From Myxococcales bacterium (lineage in GTDB: Bacteria; Myxococcota_A; Polyangia; Polyangiales; DASUME01): DNA of 64,000 nt. Positions 59,002-64,000 of this stretch are shown here, piece by piece. The stretch's first letter is position 1; each line of letters opens with the position of its first letter. Location of the stretch: NCBI GenBank assembly GCA_047601445.1, contig JASGJH010000001.1, positions 5,088,001 through 5,152,000 of the forward strand, written 5' to 3'. A model generated the notes under the pieces. That model was not told where the DNA came from. It worked only from the letters and a program-made list of their open reading frames with translations, and did not search any database. The position numbers and the translations under genes were made by a program.

Positions 59002-59085
59002 GTCAGCCCCCCACCCACCGGATGGCGACCCCCCAACAGGTCGATGCGCGCCGCAGGGCCCCGCTGCTAGGATGCGCGAGACCCA

Positions 59086-60633
59086 ATGTCCTACGGTCTA
59101 CCAGCGCCAGGCGACGTAATTGCGGGCAAGTACACCGTCGAGCGCCAGCTCGGACAGGGCGGCATGGGGGCCGTGTTCGCGGTCACCCACTCCATCACGA
59201 GCAAGCGCCTCGCCCTCAAGTGTTTGCTCCCGGAGCACGCCACCAACGCCGACATCGTGGAGCGCTTTCTGCGCGAGGCGCAGGCCGCCGGACGCATCCA
59301 GCATCGTCATGTGGTCGACGTGTTCGACGTGGGCCGCGAGGGAGGCTTGCTCTACATCGTGATGGAGTTCCTCGAGGGCAAGGCGCTCTCGGACCTGCTG
59401 CACGACACCAGCCTCACGCTCAAGGACGCGCTCACCATCATCGTGCGCGCCATGGAGGGCGTCGCCGCAGCTCACGCCCAGGGCATCATCCACCGCGATC
59501 TCAAGCCCGATAACATCTTCGTGTGCGTGGGCCCCTCGGGACAGCTCGACGACCCACGCGTACTCGACTTCGGCATCTCCAAGCTCGACAACAAGGTCAA
59601 CGGCAACCTGACCAAGACGGGCGCCACCATGGGCACGCCCTACTACATGTCGCTCGAGCAGATGAGCGGAGCGCGCGACCTCGACGCCCGCGTCGACGTG
59701 TACGCCATGGGCGTGATCCTCTACGAAGCCATCTCGGGCGAGCCGCCCCACGTGGCCGAGAGCTTGAGCGCGCTGGCCATTCGCGTGCTCACCACGGAGC
59801 CGGTGCACCTGGGCAAACTGCGCCCCGATCTGCCCGCTGGCCTGGCAGACGTGGTGATGAAGGCCATCGCCAAAGAACGCGACAAGCGCTACCCGGACCT
59901 GCGCTCGCTGATCGACGCGGTGATGCCGTTCGTCGCCCAGGGGGCGAGCAGCCGCACGATCACGGGCAGCGGCTCGCAACCGCTGCGCACTCCACGCACG
60001 AACAACATCGCCTCCGACCTCACGGTCCCGCAGACCGCTACGCCGGCCGCGCTTTCGGCAGCACCTGCGGCGCCTGTCGCGGAGAAGCCCGCCCAAGAGG
60101 AGTGGGTCGGCAGTCGCTCGAGTGCTGGCACTGCGCCCGAACCGCTGCGCACGAGCCCGCCAAAGTCCCCGCTGATGCTCGGCGCGGCCGTGGGTGCGCT
60201 GGTGCTGGCCCTCGGTGCGGCCGGGGTCTGGTTGAGTCGTCGCGACAAGCCCGTGGCCGAAGTTCCGCAACCGCCCAAGGTCACAGAACCTGCTGCGTTG
60301 GCGCCTCCCGCAAGCCCCCTCCCAAGCACCATCGAGCGCCCTGCGGCGCAGCCGCCTCAACAGCAGGCCACTCAACTCACGCCCGAGCCAACCCCTGCGG
60401 CTCCCCAGGACAACACGGCCCCGGCCGATGAACCCACGGGCAAGCCCGGGCGCAAGCATCGCGACAAATCCGACAAGCACGGTCAGGCCCCCCAGGCCGG
60501 CGCCACCGCTCCGTCACAGTCCGCGCCCGCCGTGGCGACTCCTGTAGCGCCCACGCCTACGCCGACTCCTGCGAAGGAGAAGACCGGCGTCGTTAAAGGA
60601 CGCGCTGGCGAGATCGCTCCCGACGACTTCTAG
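59086..60633 (+). CDS. Transmembrane Hanks-type Ser/Thr protein kinase
   Basis: LGQGGMGAV, ALK, HRDLKPDN, DFGISK, GTPYYMSLEQ, DVYAMG; TM then Pro-rich tail. Confidence 0.95.
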   Translation: MSYGLPAPGDVIAGKYTVERQLGQGGMGAVFAVTHSITSKRLALKCLLPEHATNADIVERFLREAQAAGRIQHRHVVDVFDVGREGGLLYIVMEFLEGKALSDLLHDTSLTLKDALTIIVRAMEGVAAAHAQGIIHRDLKPDNIFVCVGPSGQLDDPRVLDFGISKLDNKVNGNLTKTGATMGTPYYMSLEQMSGARDLDARVDVYAMGVILYEAISGEPPHVAESLSALAIRVLTTEPVHLGKLRPDLPAGLADVVMKAIAKERDKRYPDLRSLIDAVMPFVAQGASSRTITGSGSQPLRTPRTNNIASDLTVPQTATPAALSAAPAAPVAEKPAQEEWVGSRSSAGTAPEPLRTSPPKSPLMLGAAVGALVLALGAAGVWLSRRDKPVAEVPQPPKVTEPAALAPPASPLPSTIERPAAQPPQQQATQLTPEPTPAAPQDNTAPADEPTGKPGRKHRDKSDKHGQAPQAGATAPSQSAPAVATPVAPTPTPTPAKEKTGVVKGRAGEIAPDDF

Positions 60634-60896
60634 ATTTCATCAGAAGTCCCCGCCGGCAGTCACGTGTGTAGGCGCCTCTGCGCTGAACGCTCCTGTTGCT
60701 GAGTCAGGGGCCTTCGGGGAAAGATACAGCTCTACTTGGGGTGATGGCCCGGGGGGACCGGCACCCTGGGCGGCGTATGGTGTTCTCGCGCGGCTGGATG
60801 CACTGAGTTCGATCCTCGCGCGTCACGTCACGCGCACTGACGTCCGGCTCGCGCGCACCTAGCGCGCCTTGGGGTTTCTTCATTTTGGGGGCAGCG

Positions 60897-62954
60897 ATGG
60901 CGAGAAGAGATGAGTACAAGCGCACACACGGCGCAGCACTGCAGGCCTTTCTGATCGCCGGCGCGCTGTTGGGCGTGGGTTGCGGCGACGACGACGACAA
61001 GCCCGATGATGGAAAGACCCAGGAAGACGGCGGCGACGGCCACAGCGATAGCGGCATGAGCGGCGACGGCGACATGATGATGCACGGCGACGGCGACATG
61101 ACCGCCGGCGACGGCGATTCGGGCCAGGGCGATGGGGACGGGGGCGTGGTGACGGGCTGTGCTTCGGGCACCGTCACGTGCGAGGGTGCGACGCCGGTCT
61201 GTGCGGACAACACCTGCGTGGCGTGCAGCGCGGACAATGCAGGTGCATGCGGCGCGGATCAGGTTTGCGACAGCACCTCTCATACGTGCATGGAGTGCAC
61301 TGCGAGCGACAGCTCCAAGTGCGGCGCCAGCGAAGTCTGCGACACCACCAGCCACACGTGCGTCGAGCGCTACGGGCAGTTCCAGCTCGATTGCGGCAAC
61401 CTCCCGGCCAAGACTGAGACCGGCTGCCAGGGCGGCCCGCGCGAAGTCATCTTGGCGACCCATGAGAGCGGCCGCATCGCGATGCTCGACCCAACCGACG
61501 GTCATTTCCTTGGCTGGTTCAAGAAGACCCCCGTCACCGAAGATACCCCCGAGAGCTTCCTGGCGACCCAGGGCCCCGATCAGTGCATCTGGACGGCCTT
61601 CGAACCCTGGGGCGGGGATAACGCCATCGATCGCCTCGATACTGACAGCACCTTTATCGACCATCATATCAATGGGTCCTCGAAGCTAGACGATGACCAC
61701 AACGCGATGGTGGTAGACGCTCACTCCATCGCCTTCACGCACGACACGGTCTACGTGGCCTCCACGTCGGGCAACCCGAATCCGCGCATCACGCGCTGGA
61801 CGCTGGACGGCACGTACATCGACACCGTGCTCGACGACGGCAGAGAGGCCGAGTTCCTGCTCGTCACCAACGACGGCTCCCTGATCATCTCCGAATACTG
61901 GAGCGATCAAGTTCAGCTGATCCCGCCCGGAAGCGGAACGAAGCAGGTGATCTACGACGACGTCTACGCCAAGCAGCTCGCGTTCGCGGGCAACGGCAAG
62001 ATCCTCGTCACCGATGGCTCCTCGGGCGAGAAGCAGGCCTTGGTGGACATCGCCAGCGGCCAAGTTACGAAAGCCTTGCCGTATCTCACCCCCGCGCAAG
62101 AGGCCGAGTCCGGCTTGAGCGCATCGAGCTCCTCGATCAAGGGCCTCTATCCGCTCAAGAACGGCCTCTGGTTGGCGAGCTCCTCGGGCCTCGACGGCAT
62201 CGTGACCATCGATCCCCTTTCGACTCCCGTCGACGGTCTCGTGGGCCTTCACAAGATTCCGTACGATCCCGCCATTGCCTCGTTCCAGGACTTCAACTAC
62301 TTCGGGCGGGCGTGCCTCTCGAACGAGTTCGTGGATAGCCGCAACCCGGCCAACGATCCCGGCGTCCCCGAAAACCAGTGCGGAGCGCCCGCGGGCGACG
62401 TGCTGTTCGCCGCGGACTTCGATGACAACAGCTACCCGGCAAACACCTTCGATGGTTTCACGCAGGACGCGAACAGTGACAAGCAGACCCTGACCATCGA
62501 GACCAACATCAAGGGCGCCAACGAGAGCAAGGGCAGCCTCAAGGTCTCGGGAAGCTCGAATCCGGACGACCCTGACGTCGACGTCATGGGAGGCGCGAGG
62601 ATTGCGCTGAACAACCTCAAGCCGACCTACATCGAGTACAGCGTGCGGGTGCCCGACAACGCGGTCTCCGCAGGTGAATTCGCACTGAACCGCGGCTACA
62701 TCAACGAATTCTGGGTCTACCACGGATACTTGGCGGACTATCAGACCAACGCAAGGCCAGATCTGACGGCGGGCTGGAACCTCGTTCAGCTGCGCGACAT
62801 CAACTGGACCAACTTCACCTATGACCTCTACCTGAACTGCAAACGCGTGGTGAACGACGCGGCGTTCTACCAGAACGATCCGAACGTGCAGGAACTCCAC
62901 CTGTTCAATCCCGACGACACCGACGCGTGGTTCGACAACATCGTCTTCAAGTAG
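60897..62954 (+). CDS. Large lipoprotein: GDGD linker, Cys-rich repeats, beta-propeller-like middle, lectin/jelly-roll-like C-terminus
   Basis: Lipobox GVGC; about three 24-aa Cys repeats (VCDSTSHTC / VCDTTSHTC); C-terminal domain from ADFDD to WFDNIVFK. Confidence 0.75.
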   Translation: MARRDEYKRTHGAALQAFLIAGALLGVGCGDDDDKPDDGKTQEDGGDGHSDSGMSGDGDMMMHGDGDMTAGDGDSGQGDGDGGVVTGCASGTVTCEGATPVCADNTCVACSADNAGACGADQVCDSTSHTCMECTASDSSKCGASEVCDTTSHTCVERYGQFQLDCGNLPAKTETGCQGGPREVILATHESGRIAMLDPTDGHFLGWFKKTPVTEDTPESFLATQGPDQCIWTAFEPWGGDNAIDRLDTDSTFIDHHINGSSKLDDDHNAMVVDAHSIAFTHDTVYVASTSGNPNPRITRWTLDGTYIDTVLDDGREAEFLLVTNDGSLIISEYWSDQVQLIPPGSGTKQVIYDDVYAKQLAFAGNGKILVTDGSSGEKQALVDIASGQVTKALPYLTPAQEAESGLSASSSSIKGLYPLKNGLWLASSSGLDGIVTIDPLSTPVDGLVGLHKIPYDPAIASFQDFNYFGRACLSNEFVDSRNPANDPGVPENQCGAPAGDVLFAADFDDNSYPANTFDGFTQDANSDKQTLTIETNIKGANESKGSLKVSGSSNPDDPDVDVMGGARIALNNLKPTYIEYSVRVPDNAVSAGEFALNRGYINEFWVYHGYLADYQTNARPDLTAGWNLVQLRDINWTNFTYDLYLNCKRVVNDAAFYQNDPNVQELHLFNPDDTDAWFDNIVFK

Positions 62955-63000
62955 AACACTGCGCGCGTTCCGTGTGATCCGAGGGGGAGCTGCTAGAATC

Positions 63001-63924
63001 ATGAAGCCTAGTTTGGTGTTGGTTTGTGGAGCCTTGCTGTGCTCCCTGGCAGCAACCCCGAGAGCGTCGGCCCAGGCCGCCCCCGAGGCGGCCGGCGTTG
63101 AAGAGACCCCCGAGTACAAGCAGGCCGTCGCTCAAGCACTCGAGGAATACGGGCTCAAGCACTACGAGGAGTCTCGCACCCTCTTCGAGCGAGCCCACTC
63201 CATCGATCCCAACGCGCGCACTTTGCGCGGACTGGGCATGGTGGAGTTCGAGCTGCGTCACTATGTGGCCGCCGAGGGCTATCTCGAGGCCTCTCTGATG
63301 AGCACCAAGAAGGCGCTCACCGAGGAGCAGCGCGTGGCCGTTAACGAGCTGCTCGGGCGCACCAAGCAGTTCATCGCCAAGTACGAGCTGGCGGTGGAGC
63401 CGGTGGCGCCCGCGGGCATGCGGGTGGAGCTCGATGGCAAACCGGTGCAGTGGGACAGCCCGGAGGGATTGTCCGTGGAGGCGGGCGAACACACGTTGCG
63501 CGTGTCGGCCCCCAACTCGGAAACGCGCGAAGTGCACCTCGACGTGAAGGGCGGCGAACAGCAAACCCTGCGCATCGAGCTGGCGTTCAAGGGCCCAGAA
63601 GGTCCTGCGCAACCTGTCGCTCCCGAGCGTCCCTATCGAAAGCTCGGCATCGGGCTCACCTCCGCGGGTGCAGCGGTAGGCGTGGTGGGTGGCATCTTGG
63701 GTGGTATGGCGCTGGCCAAGGCAGGCGACGCGGAGTTCCGCAAGGATCATGACGCCGACACCGCGCAGACTTTGGCGTTGGTCTCAGACGTGGCCATCGG
63801 CGTGGGCGTGGCCACCGCGGTGGCGGGCATCGTGCTCTTGGTGTGGAAGGTGAAGCCCAAGGAGCGACCGGCGGGAACGGCGCGGCTCGAGACTGCCTGG
63901 CCCAACGTGAAGGTGAGCTTCTGA
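63001..63924 (+). CDS. TPR + PEGA domain protein
   Basis: Signal peptide, TPR helices (FERAHSIDPNARTLRGLG), PEGA (VELDG..VEAGEHTLRVSAP), hydrophobic hairpin, terminal Phe. Confidence 0.8.
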   Translation: MKPSLVLVCGALLCSLAATPRASAQAAPEAAGVEETPEYKQAVAQALEEYGLKHYEESRTLFERAHSIDPNARTLRGLGMVEFELRHYVAAEGYLEASLMSTKKALTEEQRVAVNELLGRTKQFIAKYELAVEPVAPAGMRVELDGKPVQWDSPEGLSVEAGEHTLRVSAPNSETREVHLDVKGGEQQTLRIELAFKGPEGPAQPVAPERPYRKLGIGLTSAGAAVGVVGGILGGMALAKAGDAEFRKDHDADTAQTLALVSDVAIGVGVATAVAGIVLLVWKVKPKERPAGTARLETAWPNVKVSF

Positions 63925-64000
63925 TGCGTGCGCAAGACTGGACCCTCTCGCTGGTCGTGCTGGCTGCCGGCTGCAGCGTGATCGTCGACAACAAGCTCGA
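63924..64000 (+). CDS. Lipoprotein, 5' fragment running off the window
   Basis: ATG overlaps the upstream TGA; MRAQDWTLSLVVLAAGCSVIVDNKL contains lipobox LAAGC. Confidence 0.6.
   Translation, partial: MRAQDWTLSLVVLAAGCSVIVDNKL

Noticed and set aside
4168..63119. Many long antisense or alternate-frame ORFs (e.g. 4168-5727, 18343-20415, 22186-24342, 35890-37242, 61686-63119)
   Set aside because: They shadow genes with clear motifs and are expected from high-GC codon bias; no family motifs

Overview
High-GC bacterial chromosome segment. Gene content (Ser/Thr kinase-PEGA cluster, GDGD-linker and Cys-rich lipoproteins, ECF/anti-sigma pair, sigma54 regulator) points to a myxobacterium (Myxococcota); this is inferred, not searched. 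About 52 coding regions are supportable. They include pdhABC, a moaD-moaE fusion, a CopA-type ATPase, beta-oxidation enzymes, a HlyD/ABC/TolC exporter with a divergent NtrC-type two-component system, a multicopper oxidase, plsB-like/gpsA and a thiolase. The most notable structure is a ~12 kb minus-strand locus (44.7-56.9 kb) of 5 paralogous lipoproteins and 3 paralogous putative outer-membrane proteins ending in an ECF sigma/anti-sigma pair. Every lipoprotein gene is preceded by the same bipartite motif with invariant spacing (AAAGTTTCGA-GGAA-N14-GCAC-N8-start), probably the promoter of that ECF. One outer-membrane paralog has its first ~186 bp inverted, and flipping it back restores an in-frame 375-aa gene. 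Two other genes are broken by the same GATC->GATTC +1 insertion, suggesting a methylation-linked sequencing artefact. No rRNA, tRNA, CRISPR array or transposase was recognised. All product calls come from motifs read by eye; no database searches were run.
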